Below are positions 13,303-25,466 of a DNA stretch of 64,000 nucleotides, in pieces. Position numbers and translations under genes: made by a program. Positions within the stretch are counted from its first letter, which is position 1. Each line of letters begins with the position of its first letter. Source of the DNA: Blepharisma stoltei ATCC 30299 (lineage: Eukaryota > Protista > Ciliophora); the NCBI GenBank assembly GCA_965603825.1, contig CBFDEM010000046.1, positions 310,001-374,000 of the forward strand, given 5' to 3'. A model generated the notes under the pieces. That model searched no databases. It was given only the letters and a program-made list of their open reading frames with translations, and had not been told where the DNA came from.

Positions 13303-13977
13303 ATTGTAATAATGCAGAATCATTAAATAAAAAATAACATAAAAATGATATGTGCCATTAAGAGCTGAGTTTCTTAAAATGAAAGAAGAATAATTGATTT
13401 TTGCACTAAATTAATTATCTATCATTGCTACAGTAATTTTTTTTGATATTATGTCTATGTATTTTTATGTGAGCCAATGCTCCATTTACAATTTTATTTA
13501 GGTTATTTTGATTCGATATTTAAATATGGATATTAGGGAAAGGTCTGAAATTGAGTTATTTAAAAGATAATAAAATTGCCTTTATCTGCAGTCGCAAGTA
13601 GCTATAGGCTAAAATTATCAAGTTATGCTTTTAAGTATGCTTCCTCTTATATATTGAAATTTGTATATTTGCTTTATGTAATTAATTAATAAAAGAGAAT
13701 TAATAATTATTTTCGCAGATTTAAACACGAGCTTAAAAATATTGCAAATATTTATATTTTAGCCAAACATAGATTCAATTAAATGCAATTGTTTGTGGCT
13801 CAAACATCCACATGAAAATAGAGAGACATACATTGTTGCTACCATATGATTTATTCTGGAAATCTATAATATTTGATTCTAAATTTGTTAAACGAAGTTT
13901 AAGATCGTTAGATGCTCAGCGCTTAATATAAGCTATCATGATTTGCTAGATTATTATAATTTTTTATCAGTATTCGA

Positions 13978-14598
13978 TTAATAAATGTATCTCTTTAGAA
14001 TTTTTTTGTGAAGATCACTTCTCACTGTATCGTTGATAAACCTTTGTTTTTCTTTAGGTTCTCCTCTTGCTTGGTTTCTAAACATAGTTTCTTCAGTCCA
14101 TTTTCTTTTCAGTTGATAGCCTTGTGCAATATCAAGCAAAGGATTCCCATTTAAAATTTCTTCTCTTCTGGCTTTTTGTCTTTCAATATCTTCCTGCTCC
14201 TTTCTTTTCCTTTCAGCTTCGGCTCTTTCGGCTTTGATTTTTTCTATTTCTGCTCTAAGTGCTTCTTCATCTTCAGAACTCTCCTCTTCTGATTGATTTT
14301 CGTAGCTTTCTGATTCTTCCTGCTCAATATCTCCTTCGCTTTCCTCTTCACTTTGTGGGTTTTCTTCAAATTTGGATTTTTCTAAAAAATATTCTTTTTC
14401 TTTTTGTAATAACTGAGCTTTGAAATCCACTGATTTTAATTCTTCAGGATTACCTTGGCCTTTTTTTCTTTCTTTCAATATTGTATGTCCTGGGAGGTCT
14501 TTTGAAGAGTATTGTCTACTGGGAACCAAAATGCGATTGCCTCCTTGATCTTTGCCCCCTTGCACTGCATTCCATGTTGGACGATGAGCAGTAGTCAT
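13978..14598 (-). CDS. CWC15: pre-mRNA splicing factor Cwc15/Cwf15
   Basis: MTTAHRPTW..SSKDLPGHT.LK.R and C-terminal KRKW..FRNQAR..FINDTVRSD.H. Confidence 0.95.
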   Translation of the reverse strand: MTTAHRPTWNAVQGGKDQGGNRILVPSRQYSSKDLPGHTILKERKKGQGNPEELKSVDFKAQLLQKEKEYFLEKSKFEENPQSEEESEGDIEQEESESYENQSEEESSEDEEALRAEIEKIKAERAEAERKRKEQEDIERQKARREEILNGNPLLDIAQGYQLKRKWTEETMFRNQARGEPKEKQRFINDTVRSDLHKKILKRYIY

Positions 14599-14852
14599 TT
14601 TATTTATTAACTATTTTTAAAATAAAAAGTTAAACTTGATTAAAAGCTGAAATATGTTAAGTTTGCAACAATTAGGCTCAATTAGATATAAAAAATGGGT
14701 TGAGTTATTCTTAATACCAGCTCGCTTAATTATGCTACTTTCAAAGGTATAAATTAAATGATTATAAAGATAATTACTAAATTAAGTGGGGTTTTATTAT
14801 TATTATTATTCAAAGCCTTTTTCATATTTTATAGCTTGGTAAATATTTAGAT

Positions 14853-15615
14853 ATGGTAAGTTATTACTTAGTCTCTAAATAGCAGACAACGTGAAAAGCT
14901 GACCCAATTCATATCTATCACAGGCATGCAAGATGCTCCTGCAAGGAAATATCTGAATTCTAAAAACTGGGACCTTGAGCTAGCTGTGGATGAGTTTTAC
15001 AATTCAGGAGCCCAAATGCCTCGAGATCAGCCAGCTCCTACAAACCAAAAGAATATTGAAAGCCTCTTTGCTCGCTACAAAGGCTCCAACCCTAACCAAA
15101 TTGAAAGTGAAGGGATTGAGCATTTTTGCAGAGACTTAGGAATAGAGCCTATGGATGTCGTAATTTTAGTGATCTCTAAGTATTTCAATGCGGCTACAAT
15201 GGGGGTCTATACAAAAGAAGAATTTTGCAGTGGCATGAAAGCTCTTGGATGCGATGATGTCAACAAACTTAGGCAAAAAATCCCCGAATTGAGAAGGGAG
15301 CTCAATAATCCTCAAGCTTTTAAAGAAGTTTATAATTATGTGTTCACATTTAGTCGAGATCCAGGGGTAAGAAATTTAGGTTATGAAACAGCTGTAGCAT
15401 TGTGAAGGCTGTTATTGACTGAAAAATATCCAATTGTGAATAGGTGGATTGAATTTTTGGAAAGAAGAGAAAAAAAGCATGATGTAATGAAAGATACATG
15501 GGAGATGTTTTTGGACTTTGCGATAATTTTAGAAAGAGAAGGGCTACAAGGCTATGACCCGAATGGAGCTTGGCCTGTTTTGATTGATGAGTTTGTCGAA
15601 TATTTAAGACGTTAA
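14853..15615 (+). CDS. DCN1: DCN1-like cullin neddylation E3 (UBA-like + PONY)
   Basis: ATG plus a 16-nt intron gives MSLNSRQREKLTQF..; WDLELAVDEF, EGIEHFCRDLG, AL[W]RLLL, KDTW, YDPNGAWPVLIDEFVEY. Confidence 0.92.
14856..14871 (+). other. 16-nt intron directly after the start codon
   Basis: GTAAGTTATTACTTAG; removal puts ATG 14853 in frame with the DCN1 UBA-like region; A at -6. Confidence 0.8.
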
Positions 15616-15868
15616 TCATAATTCTTTTAATCAAATAGCCTTATGGTATTATCACTGCGTAAAGCCTTCTCAAATGACTTTATCTTTAAAATAAAAAAGT
15701 TTTCTTAAGCATAGAAAAATTTAAAATATTATTAGGTTTTATGATATGCCCACTCTATAAAAATGGAATTTATTTTGCCTAAAATAATTTCTCTTTCATT
15801 AGCGATTGAAATTAAAAGATCTAGAGCGATTTTACTGAATCTATCTGATTGTTCACAAAAGCAAAAAA

Positions 15869-15951
15869 TGGCTGCTGTGGGGTTCGAACCCACGCGGACG
15901 TTGATCCAGCAGATCTTAAGTCTGCCCCCTTAACCACTCGGGCAAACAGCC
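15869..15951 (-). tRNA. tRNA-Leu(UAA)
   Basis: Minus strand GGCTGTTTGCCCGAGTGGTTAAGGGGGCAGAC-TTAAGA-TCTGC..GGTTCGAACCC..CAGCC; long variable arm, anticodon TAA, T6 Pol III terminator immediately 3'. Confidence 0.95.
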
Positions 15952-16431
15952 ATGTTAGAATCTATAATAATTTTTATTATTTATACCAGAATTCTTTAGC
16001 GCTTACGAAATAAAGTGTTTTTGCAGGTCACTTGGTGATGATTTATATTAAAGTAAAATCTGGTTCCTTTGAGATAATTTTTTGAATTAATGGTGGAATA
16101 CGTTGTATCAAACACATATTTAAGTTATATTTACTTGATTTCCAGTATTTTTAAGCTCTATTTCCAACTTTTAGTGATGTTTAATGGTGAATAAGGGGCC
16201 AAAATAGGTAATACTCATGGCTCACAGTTAAATCAAACAGAAAAGATGTAAGTGCCTAGACATTGCTATTACTTTAATATTCTCCACTAAATAATTTTCA
16301 GCCTAATTCATTAACCAGTTTTCTATTTCTCAGCATTAAAATTATTAAATTCCTAACAGCTCAATTAAATGTACCAAAATATCAACTGGATCAATGCTAA
16401 CAGATTATTTCTAATATTATAATAATCATAA

Positions 16432-16785
16432 ATGGTTACGAAAACATCAGAGCTGATTGACGCATATCTCGGCCGAATAGACTCAGAGGATATGGACTTC
16501 AACCATCTTCCTACAAATGACTTGAATTATCATTTTTACGATGACACAAACTATTTCAGGCATTCTTCCAAATGTTCTGATATGGATATGGAATCTCCAA
16601 CCCATCCTAGCCAGCTGAGCTCTCATAGAAGAAGCTCATCGTTCGACAGTATCCTTGGACACTGTCTCAGGAACGCGACGTGTATCACATCTCTGAATCC
16701 GAGATTCGCTGTAAAATTAGATAGCGCACCTTTGCAAGACTTAATTACTTCGAGGATATTAGAAAGTTCGGCGGAATTCTTTTAA
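16432..16785 (+). CDS. hypothetical Ser-rich protein
   Basis: ATG-TAA ORF with higher GC than its flanks; no recognised domain. Confidence 0.6.
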   Translation: MVTKTSELIDAYLGRIDSEDMDFNHLPTNDLNYHFYDDTNYFRHSSKCSDMDMESPTHPSQLSSHRRSSSFDSILGHCLRNATCITSLNPRFAVKLDSAPLQDLITSRILESSAEFF

Positions 16786-16883
16786 TTAAGGTATAATTAA
16801 TAATGCAAATACATTTTGTATAACTGTTCGCTTAAAGAATTTAAATTTGCTTATTAAACTCAAGTTAAGAATGAGAAATTATC

Positions 16884-17996
16884 TTAAACTGCAGTTGAAA
16901 ATCCAACGCGGTTGCCTGCATAATCGAAATGAGCATAGTAAGTTCTAATAAACAAGTCTCCCAAAATAACGACGTTCTTTAACTGTTCTGGGAAATCCAT
17001 GCCCATCCAGCCATTGTCACATTCAGTTTGTCCATCACTTGTAACTTGGATCACATAGTTAGTTCCAGTAAGAGGATAATTAACACCTCCAATAGTAACT
17101 GTTACAACTGGAAGCTTAGAAAGATTTGCACAGGTCTGTGAGACTGTTGGAATTTTGGCGTTAATTAAATCGACGATCTTTTTGTCTCCAACAAGGGCAG
17201 TTGTTCCTGAGTCCACAATTCCTTGGATTCCAGTTGCTGCAATTTTGACTCCATTGACTGAGATGCTGTCAATGCTGATTCTCCAGTAGGTGTCTTGAAT
17301 TAAAGTGAAATAGTGCCAGTCACCTTTAGTGTATGATGGGTTGAAGCCTCCCAAAGTCAAGGCGCTTCCAGCTGCATTATCAGTTGCAGTAAGGTAGAAA
17401 GCGAAAGAGTCTGAAGGCAAAACTCCGAGTTTAAACATTGACTGATAAACTGGAGGAACATTGTCAGCAGAAATTGCTTGCCAAGCCATGCCCAGAATTC
17501 CATCAAACTTAGACACCACAAATGAAGTGCCAACCAGTGAGGTCATTTCGCCAAAAGTGATGTTTGGTACTTTGATGCCACCCCAAGTCACGACGTCTTG
17601 AGAAAGGTATCCAGAAACACCGCCTGAGCCGTATTCAATAGAGATAGCCTTTCCATTGGCTGTATAGGTGCTGGAGGCAGTGTGGTTGTACCTGTTGTGA
17701 CGCATGCATGCAATAGAAGTGCAAGATCTTGATGGGACCCACAGGTTAGATGAGCCAGTATCGAAAACAACCAAAAAGTTCTGTGGAGGAGTTCCAATTT
17801 GGACTGGACCGTAATATTGAGCGGTTTGGTAATTTGTGAGTTCGACATCAGTGGTCCCTGCTGAGAGTTGTTTCAATATCTGGAGACGCTTGAAATGTGC
17901 GTATTTCTCTTCAGGTGTTTCGTGGACTGGGCGAATAGGGATTTCGACAATGGCAAAAGCTGCTGCTAATATGAGAGTGAAAGCTAAGACTTTCAT
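16884..17996 (-). CDS. cathepsin D/pepsin-family aspartic protease, secreted or lysosomal
   Basis: Signal peptide MKVLAF.., QYYGPVQIGTPPQ.F.VVFDTGSSNLWVPS, FDGILG, IVDSGT, ILGDLF. Confidence 0.95.
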   Translation of the reverse strand: MKVLAFTLILAAAFAIVEIPIRPVHETPEEKYAHFKRLQILKQLSAGTTDVELTNYQTAQYYGPVQIGTPPQNFLVVFDTGSSNLWVPSRSCTSIACMRHNRYNHTASSTYTANGKAISIEYGSGGVSGYLSQDVVTWGGIKVPNITFGEMTSLVGTSFVVSKFDGILGMAWQAISADNVPPVYQSMFKLGVLPSDSFAFYLTATDNAAGSALTLGGFNPSYTKGDWHYFTLIQDTYWRISIDSISVNGVKIAATGIQGIVDSGTTALVGDKKIVDLINAKIPTVSQTCANLSKLPVVTVTIGGVNYPLTGTNYVIQVTSDGQTECDNGWMGMDFPEQLKNVVILGDLFIRTYYAHFDYAGNRVGFSTAV

Positions 17997-18263
17997 TTTA
18001 TTTCTTCCACAGGTCAACAAAGAAAATGGATTTTTAATTAAGTTATAGGGAAAAAGTTTTATTTAAAACATAGAGAAAAGAGCAGCCAATCTGGGCAATT
18101 TTAGAAACTTTAGGCTAGAGATGAGAAGAAGCAAAAATTTAGTTTGGAACCACAAGAAATCAAAGGGGCTATTATAAAATTAATTACCTTTTAAGAAGCA
18201 TATTAGGCTGAGGTATTTTAATGAATTAATCTTATTATTAAAGTATTTTAATTCTTATAAACA

Positions 18264-20600
18264 ATGAACAAAAAAAGAAGGACAGCTTCGTATATAAATC
18301 CTCAATTGCCACCTCTTACTGCAAGAACTGCTGAATCTACTCGACATAAAAACTCTGAGTTTTCACTGTTTTCTGGAATAAAAGAGCCTATTAATACTTC
18401 ACTGGATAGCTCAACGGCCCACAAATTTTTTAATTTTGCAGAAAAGAAAGACGAGCCTACTTCAGTTTCTTTACAAATCTCTAAATTTCATCTTCGGTCT
18501 ATTCACTCTTCCTACGACAGTGCAAATTTAGAATCTATTCTAAGCTCCTCGATGCAAGCTATGAGAGATCATTCCAAATGGCAAATTTCTGAAAGGCTAG
18601 AATCTTATCAAATGAATCATCAAAAGCAAGCACAAGTTTCTTACAAATCAATAGAAAAAGAACTTGCACATTGAAATCAATGTTTTGATGATATTTTTCC
18701 ATTAATTAAAGAGCAATCTGATGAAATTGCTAACGCAATTTCTAATATTTTTGGAAACATTAAAGAAGTATTCAACGACTTAAGAGTTTTGCAGAGGAAA
18801 AATGATGTCGAGAATAATCACAAGCTCTTAGAATTTGAGAAGAAAAGGAGAAGTTTGGAAGAAGAAATAAAAAAAATAAAATTGGAGAAAGATGAAATTG
18901 AAAAAATTAGGCGAGATGAAGACAAGAAAATTCAATCAGAAATTGATGAAATTTATGGGGATGATGATTTTTTAGTTTTTAAACAGAAAGCCAAAAGACT
19001 TCTAGATTTAAGGCCTACAGGAGCTGCAGAAATTTTAAAAGAGATTTATAATGAGATGAACCAAGATCGCGAAATCCCAAAACCAAAAATTTTTGATGGA
19101 AAAATACTTGATCCTGACGATTTAGAAACCAGCCTAAGACTCCATTTTAAACTTATCCAAAAAACAACTGCAAAACGAATTATTCGACTTTTTGATAGTA
19201 AAATAGAGACAAAATCCATAGAAGTCCAAACAACTGATCCTTTTATAGAGCAAAGCTCTTTTGAAGAAGCACAAAAAGCTGCAGAAAAATATAGTCTATT
19301 GTATCAAGGACTACAAGTGCAAGAAGAAAGGCTCAGAGAAGAACTTAAAATGAGAGGAAATACAATAGAAGCGCTTGAAAACGAAAAAAGTCAGCTTTTA
19401 AGTGATGCTTTAAAAATAAAGAGAGAAGGAGAAATGAGTGTCAAAGAAATTACAAACTTGAAAAAAGAAAATGAAACAATTAAGAAGAAATTAGAAGAAA
19501 ATAAAACTGTAATAGAAGGTAACGCATATAAAATTGCATTGCTTGAAAATCAACTAGAAACACAACTTACTAAGATTGCGAAATATACTAAAGAAACCCC
19601 AAAAATTAATGAAATTGGAAGTAATCCTTCAGAGCTGTCAAGTATTAAGTTTCAAGATGCCACCCCTAGCTCACAAAATCGAGGAGAAATAAACAAATCT
19701 CAATTCAATGCCTATCAGAATGCATCTCAAAATCGTGATAAAAATTCTCTTGAAAGGCCTTCAAGAAGGTTAAATTCAGGATCAACCATAAATGACAGAG
19801 AAGAAGAGCACGGAGATCTTGAAGAAGTAAAAGGAATTTCTCCATCCCAAAGTCGAGCAACCATTCAAGTTGAAAAACGAAAAAATAATCGAAACCTCAA
19901 CAATTCTATTAATAATCAGGATGGAGAACAAATTTCATCATCAAGACTTACAGATCGGTCTATATTTTCTGGTTCGAAATCTCCTAGAAGGAATATTGAC
20001 AAGTCAGTCCCTTCTTCTCGAAATAAAGAATCTTATGCAAGTGAGCTAAAAGTTCAAACAAAAATGCCAAATAGAGGCATACAAAATGGCTTTGATTCTC
20101 AAAACCAAACAGAAGGAGAAAATGATGAATTTAATGACGAAGGAATGCAGCCTGCAGGGAGTTATAAGAAAACCAGAAAATCAAAGCCGCAAAATATGCA
20201 AGAAGTTGAGCATGAAAATAAAAATCCTGGGAACTCTAATTTGATATCTAGCATAGGAAGTTTAGACTCAGAAGCGTACCATTCTAGGATTGGGGCAAAT
20301 GGAATTGAAGTGTTTTTCGTTGACAGAGGACTATGGACTAACGACCTGAAAAATGAGAATTTAATATCAAATTCAGTTGGGGTGCAATATGATTGGGAGC
20401 ATCCTGATGAGAAAGTAGAAGAAGAAGCTGAGCCAAGCAATTTATACATTTTTGCTTATAACCCAAACAATGTCTTTGGGCTTCGTGGAGATGTATTTTT
20501 CAATAAAAGCACCAGAGTCATTCAGTCACAGCCAAGGATACCTGAGCTTCAGAAATCCATTATGTTCCAGCCTAGTTATCATTTGGATGCTAAAAAATAA
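18264..20600 (+). CDS. large coiled-coil/disordered protein
   Basis: Two track ORFs joined in frame by TGA 18672-18674; long K/E heptad region. Confidence 0.75.
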
Positions 20601-20726
20601 CTGTCATATTTTCTTATAATTTTTCATAAGATTTTGCAGCTTTATATGTGATTCCCAGCTAAAGATTTCAAATCCTGTTGGATTACCCATATTAACTAGC
20701 AATTTCATTAATTCTTAACAACTAAA

Positions 20727-21821
20727 ATGGGACACGGCTGCCTTTCAAAAGGCTCGGTAAAAATCCATGAAATGGTCAATCGTGCTGCAACCCTCAACAA
20801 TTCATCACCGAGACCCAACGATGACTTAATCCGGCGCAAGAAATCTCAGCTATTTTTGACAGACGACTCAGAGTCTACCTTTGTTGAGCTCAGCACGCCA
20901 AGAACTGGAAGAACAATTCGTTGAAAAAGAGGAGAAATTATAGGCGAAGGAGCCTATGCCAAAGTCTACCAATGCATGAATATCGAGACGGGAGAACTTC
21001 TAGCAGTCAAACATTTCAAAGTAAAACTTATTTAGCTCACAGATGACCCAAACAAAATCCAAAAGGAGTTCACGCTCATGAAAAAAGAAGTTTCACTGCT
21101 AAGACAATTGGACCACCCTAATATAGTCCAATATTACCAAACCGACTTGTCACCAGATATGACTTCTTTAAACGTAGTTATTGAATATGTCCCAGGTGGG
21201 ACCTTGAAACATCTGATTCAAAAATATGGAATTCTTGAAGACGATGTTATTAAAACTTTTACGAGACAACTGCTCAAAGGATTAGCTTACCTTCATGATA
21301 ATGGAGTTATTCATAGAGACTTGAAGTCTGCTAATATCCTAATCTCGACCAATGGGACGTTGAAACTGACTGATTTTGGGTCATCAAGAAAATTCGAAAA
21401 TTCTGACTTAGAATTGACGAAAAGTCTGAAAGGAAGCCCCTATTGGATGGCACCTGAAGTTGTACTTAGAAGAGGGCACAGCTATTCAGCTGACATTTGG
21501 TCATTAGGGTGCGTTTTAATAGAGATGGCATCGGGGAAGCCACCATGGTCGAATTATTCTAAAGATGCAAGAGAAGTACTAAAGCTAATTGCAACGAATG
21601 ACGTACTACCAGATATGCCAAAATGTGAAAGACAGTTAAAAAATATTATTAAGCAGTGCATTCAGAGAGAGCCACTGAGAAGGCCTACTGCAAAAGATCT
21701 GTTAAAATTAAGCTATTTCAACGACGGAAAGACAAATGATTCACTTACAGAGCAGTCTAGCTTATCTAGAAATATAAACGTTGAAATTATTGAAGAACAA
21801 GCAGAAGAGTATGTATCATAA
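20727..21821 (+). CDS. STE11/MAP3K (NPK1/ANP-like) Ser/Thr kinase, possibly N-acylated
   Basis: IR[W]KRGEIIGEGAYAKVY..LAVK, HRDLKSAN, DFG, KGSPYWMAPEV; intron 21021-21035; MGHGC N-terminus. Confidence 0.9.
21021..21035 (+). other. 15-nt intron
   Basis: GTAAAACTTATTTAG removes an in-frame TAG after kinase subdomain II. Confidence 0.92.
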
Positions 21822-22289
21822 ATTTTTAGAAATTATATTACAAGAATTATAATAAAAGAGAAATTTATTGATAATTAAATTGTTGCATCATAAAATAAAT
21901 TGAAATCAATATCATCTCATTTATTCAATTGCATTGTAACTTTTACACGCTTGGTTCGATACTCAGTATTATTGAATATGCCTTTAGCATTCTTCTTAAA
22001 TCCATTGCTACTTCTTGCAGCTTTACAATAGTAATGATGCTCTCTAGTCAATTATCTTTGCTTTGTTCTTTGCAAATGCTGATATTCAATTTAAATATTG
22101 TTCTTCTAATAGTTCTTCTCAAGCCTGAAATGGTCCTGGCAAAGCATTTATTAGATTATTATTTATTAAGCTTTTCTGTAAATAAAATTTAAATAAAATC
22201 AAATTATGCATTCATTTTAGAGAGAAAATCTTCAGATATTTTAATTTTTAAACCATTGAACAATCAAATTTCTCATCATTCAATAAAAT

Positions 22290-22811
22290 ATGTCTGACCC
22301 TTGCAACTACGATTGGAGGTTGGATCCTCTTGTTCCAAAACCAGAAATACTTCACGCACCTCCCCCTAGAGAAGAGAAAAAGCCTACTGATGTCACTGAT
22401 TTCCCTAAGCAAAATGTCACTCCAATGCCTGAAGAGTATCATTATCCAGAAGGAAAATACAGACCTCCAACATTACCAATAAGAGGTGGATTCATTCCAA
22501 CTAATATTCATTTAGAAGCAGGAAAAATTTATAAGTGGTGCTCATGTGGAGCTACTTGGGACGAGCCATGGTGTGATCACAAATGCCATTATATGCTCTC
22601 CAGAAATAGGCCAATAGCTTTCAACGTTGATAAGTCAGGATACTACAAAATTTGCAACTGCAAGCAGTCAGCAAATGCACCATTTTGCAATGGAACTGAA
22701 AGACTTTTGGTGAAAAACTTCTCAAAAACTTATTTTGGAGCATATAGAACAGCCACAGCAGCTGGCTTGGGTCTATTCTTCTTTGGAGTATGGTGGAACT
22801 TCCGCTCTTAA
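22290..22811 (+). CDS. double CDGSH-type iron-sulfur protein (CISD3/MiNT-like) with C-terminal TM helix
   Basis: YKWCSCGATWDEPWCDHKC and ICNCKQSANAPFCNGTE motifs. Confidence 0.82.
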   Translation: MSDPCNYDWRLDPLVPKPEILHAPPPREEKKPTDVTDFPKQNVTPMPEEYHYPEGKYRPPTLPIRGGFIPTNIHLEAGKIYKWCSCGATWDEPWCDHKCHYMLSRNRPIAFNVDKSGYYKICNCKQSANAPFCNGTERLLVKNFSKTYFGAYRTATAAGLGLFFFGVWWNFRS

Positions 22812-23457
22812 GGAACTTTAAGAAATAACCTATAATTGCAGGTTGATTTAAATAGTCTTTTAATAGCAAATTATCTATTAAATCTATTAAAAATATTTTA
22901 ATAGTAAGAAAGATATTTTGAAATTATTAAGAATAAATTAAAAGTAATTGAGCTTTGCATCATGCTGCGAATTACTTGATTCCTAAATGTCAAGAAGCAA
23001 TAGTGTCTATGGCGAAAATGAAAAAGAATAAAGATTAGAGTAGATCTCTTCGGATTATATACCTTGGAGCATTATTATTAATGTTCAATCCAATATCATG
23101 TTTTTATAATTTATGTTTTTGAGTGAAGCATGTCTACAATTCAATAGAATTATTAAATTATAAATGTAGAAGCTATACCAAGAAGTAATCAACCAAAATT
23201 GCTGAGCATATAATAATGAACTTTTAATATAATTATAAGCCAACTTATGAGTGAAAAATTAAAATGAAGAAAGATTAGCTAGTTAATATATCTTTATTTA
23301 GAGATCTAGCTGAATAATTACCAAGTTTGCATACAACTTAATAGTTTTTATATTAAATTACTGATTCAAAACTGAATAAAGCAAAATCTACTTATTCTGG
23401 AGAAGATATTTATTAATCATACATCGCATTTATTTAAAAGGGAATTTTAATAAAATC

Positions 23458-24147
23458 ATGCTAAGGGTAAAACTTTATGGAAACCTTATTTCGCAACCAA
23501 CCCGAACGCTCAATGAATTTTGCTTACTTTGCAATATTCCATACGATTTCATCAAGCTTGACATATTTAACTGGGAGCATAAGGCCAAATGGTATGCAGA
23601 AATCAACCCTTACCAATTAATTCCATCAATATCTCATGGAGATTTCAAACTTGGAGAAACCTTTGCAATAATTCCTTATCTTGCAGAGTATTATCATGTA
23701 AATAACCAATGGTATCCATCAGACCTTCAGAAAAGATCTTTAATTAATGCTTATTTCCACTGGCAACACCTAAACATAAGAAGATTTGTTCGTCTTTTAG
23801 TCTTTGAAAAATTTGTTGGTCCTATGTGGAAAGGCCTACCACCAATCACTTCTGAAAGAGAAACAGAAATCCGTGCTGATATTGCCAAAACACTGCAAAG
23901 TATAAATGATATGCTTGATAACGGAAAATATATTGGAAGAACTCAGGAACTGAGCATTGCTGATATAGCTTGCTATAACGAAATTGCACAGATGAAAATC
24001 GCTGCTTTTAATTATAGCGATTGGCCAAAAGTTAAACTGTGGATGGAAGAAATTGAGAAGCTTGAGGCAGTCAAAACAACGATGGTAGGGTTTAAAGAGG
24101 TTGTGGATTCATTAGGATTTCCTTCATCTAATATAATTATTAACTAA
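23458..24147 (+). CDS. glutathione S-transferase, theta class
   Basis: SQPTR, INPYQLIPSI..DF.LGE..AI..YL, WYP.D..R..I..Y.HWQH, LSIADI. Confidence 0.92.
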   Translation: MLRVKLYGNLISQPTRTLNEFCLLCNIPYDFIKLDIFNWEHKAKWYAEINPYQLIPSISHGDFKLGETFAIIPYLAEYYHVNNQWYPSDLQKRSLINAYFHWQHLNIRRFVRLLVFEKFVGPMWKGLPPITSERETEIRADIAKTLQSINDMLDNGKYIGRTQELSIADIACYNEIAQMKIAAFNYSDWPKVKLWMEEIEKLEAVKTTMVGFKEVVDSLGFPSSNIIIN

Positions 24148-24183
24148 TTCTTACGTTAATAATCAGGGTGCATAGAAATAATA

Positions 24184-25341
24184 TTAATAATAAAGGAAAA
24201 CGCCATTCTTGCATATGCACATATCAATCACTGAGCCACATTTAAAGCAAAAGACTGATGTACATGCATTACATTTTAATTCATTTGAGTCTAGAGTCTT
24301 CTCTACCCATACTTTGCATATTGGGCATTGTTTAAATTGTAAATTTTGTACTTTTATTTTTGCTTTGTTTCCATTTCTAAGCATCTCACATGTTTTGTTG
24401 TGGTGATAGTCCTCCTTGCATGCCAAACAATAGGTTTTTTTGCACTTTGGACAAGAAAACTTTGTGTAGTTTTGATTTCATTGGAACACATAGTTGCATT
24501 CACTGTTTGGGCAAACTGAAAGCCCGTCAGCAGAAGACTCCATATACTTATAAAAGCTATATTCTTCGAATGCTTTAACTTGTTCTTCACTTAAATGAGA
24601 CCTCAGATCGTTTATACTAATTTCTTCTTTGCAATTTGGATAAGGGCATATTATAGGAAATTTCTTTTTGTTTGTTTGATGGTCAAAAAACTCATCAAGG
24701 CAAAGCTTGTGCCCAAAGTGGTTGCATTTTTCAAGAGACCTGAATTCTTCATTATTAATGCTGTCATTGCATATAATGCATTTAATATGATTTTCAGCTT
24801 TGAATTTCACATCTTCATATTCCTGATCAAATTTCTTTTGCAGCTCATAAGCCAGCATTTCAGACTTTTTTCTGTTTTCTTCGTCGTGTTTCCTTTTTAA
24901 TAGATTCTCAATATTGCTGTCTTTTAGATTAGAATTACTTAAGTCTTCAAATGTGACTGAATTTTCTACTGAAATGTCGAAATTTACTGAGTTTTTCAGT
25001 GGATCTTCTTCATCAGTTTTATCTGATCGAATCAATTCTGATGTTAAAATTTCACTGATCTCGTCTTCAATTGGTTGGGCCTTTATAAAGGTTAATTGCT
25101 CTATTGCATCAAAGTTTCCTTGGTAAATCCTAAATAGTGCGTAAGCCTTTTTGTGGCCCTTTAATTTGCCTTCTTTTTCGGCTTGTTTAAGAGTTAATAG
25201 ATAGTTAAAGATTTTTTCAAGTTTTTCATGAGTCCTTAATCGCACGATTCCTGCTATGTAGAAATCTTCAAAAGTCAAAGCACTTGAATAGTTATTTACA
25301 AAATCCAGTTCTTCAATAAAATCGTTTAAGGAATCATCCAT
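24184..25341 (-). CDS. RBR (RING1-IBR-RING2) ubiquitin-ligase-like protein
   Basis: RING1 CIIC..CNH..HKLC..CPYPNC; IBR CPNSEC..[W]..CPKCKKTYCLACKEDYH..C; RING2 CPICKVWVEK..C..C..FCFKC. Confidence 0.85.
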
Positions 25342-25466
25342 GTTGTAATGAACGCTTCTAGCTTAAAACACTAAAATGCATTGATTATTATCAAAATCTT
25401 TAAAAATAAGAAATCAATGAAGTTTTTGAATTAATTTATATTATCTTAAAAAATTAATTAGTAATT

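Noticed and set aside
15869-15951. tRNA with 'TAA' anticodon as a stop suppressor
   Set aside because: Anticodon UAA reads UUA (Leu); type II Leu structure; unrelated to UGA reassignment.
21929-22192. Possible small gene between the kinase and the CDGSH gene
   Set aside because: No ATG-initiated frame with recognisable features on either strand.
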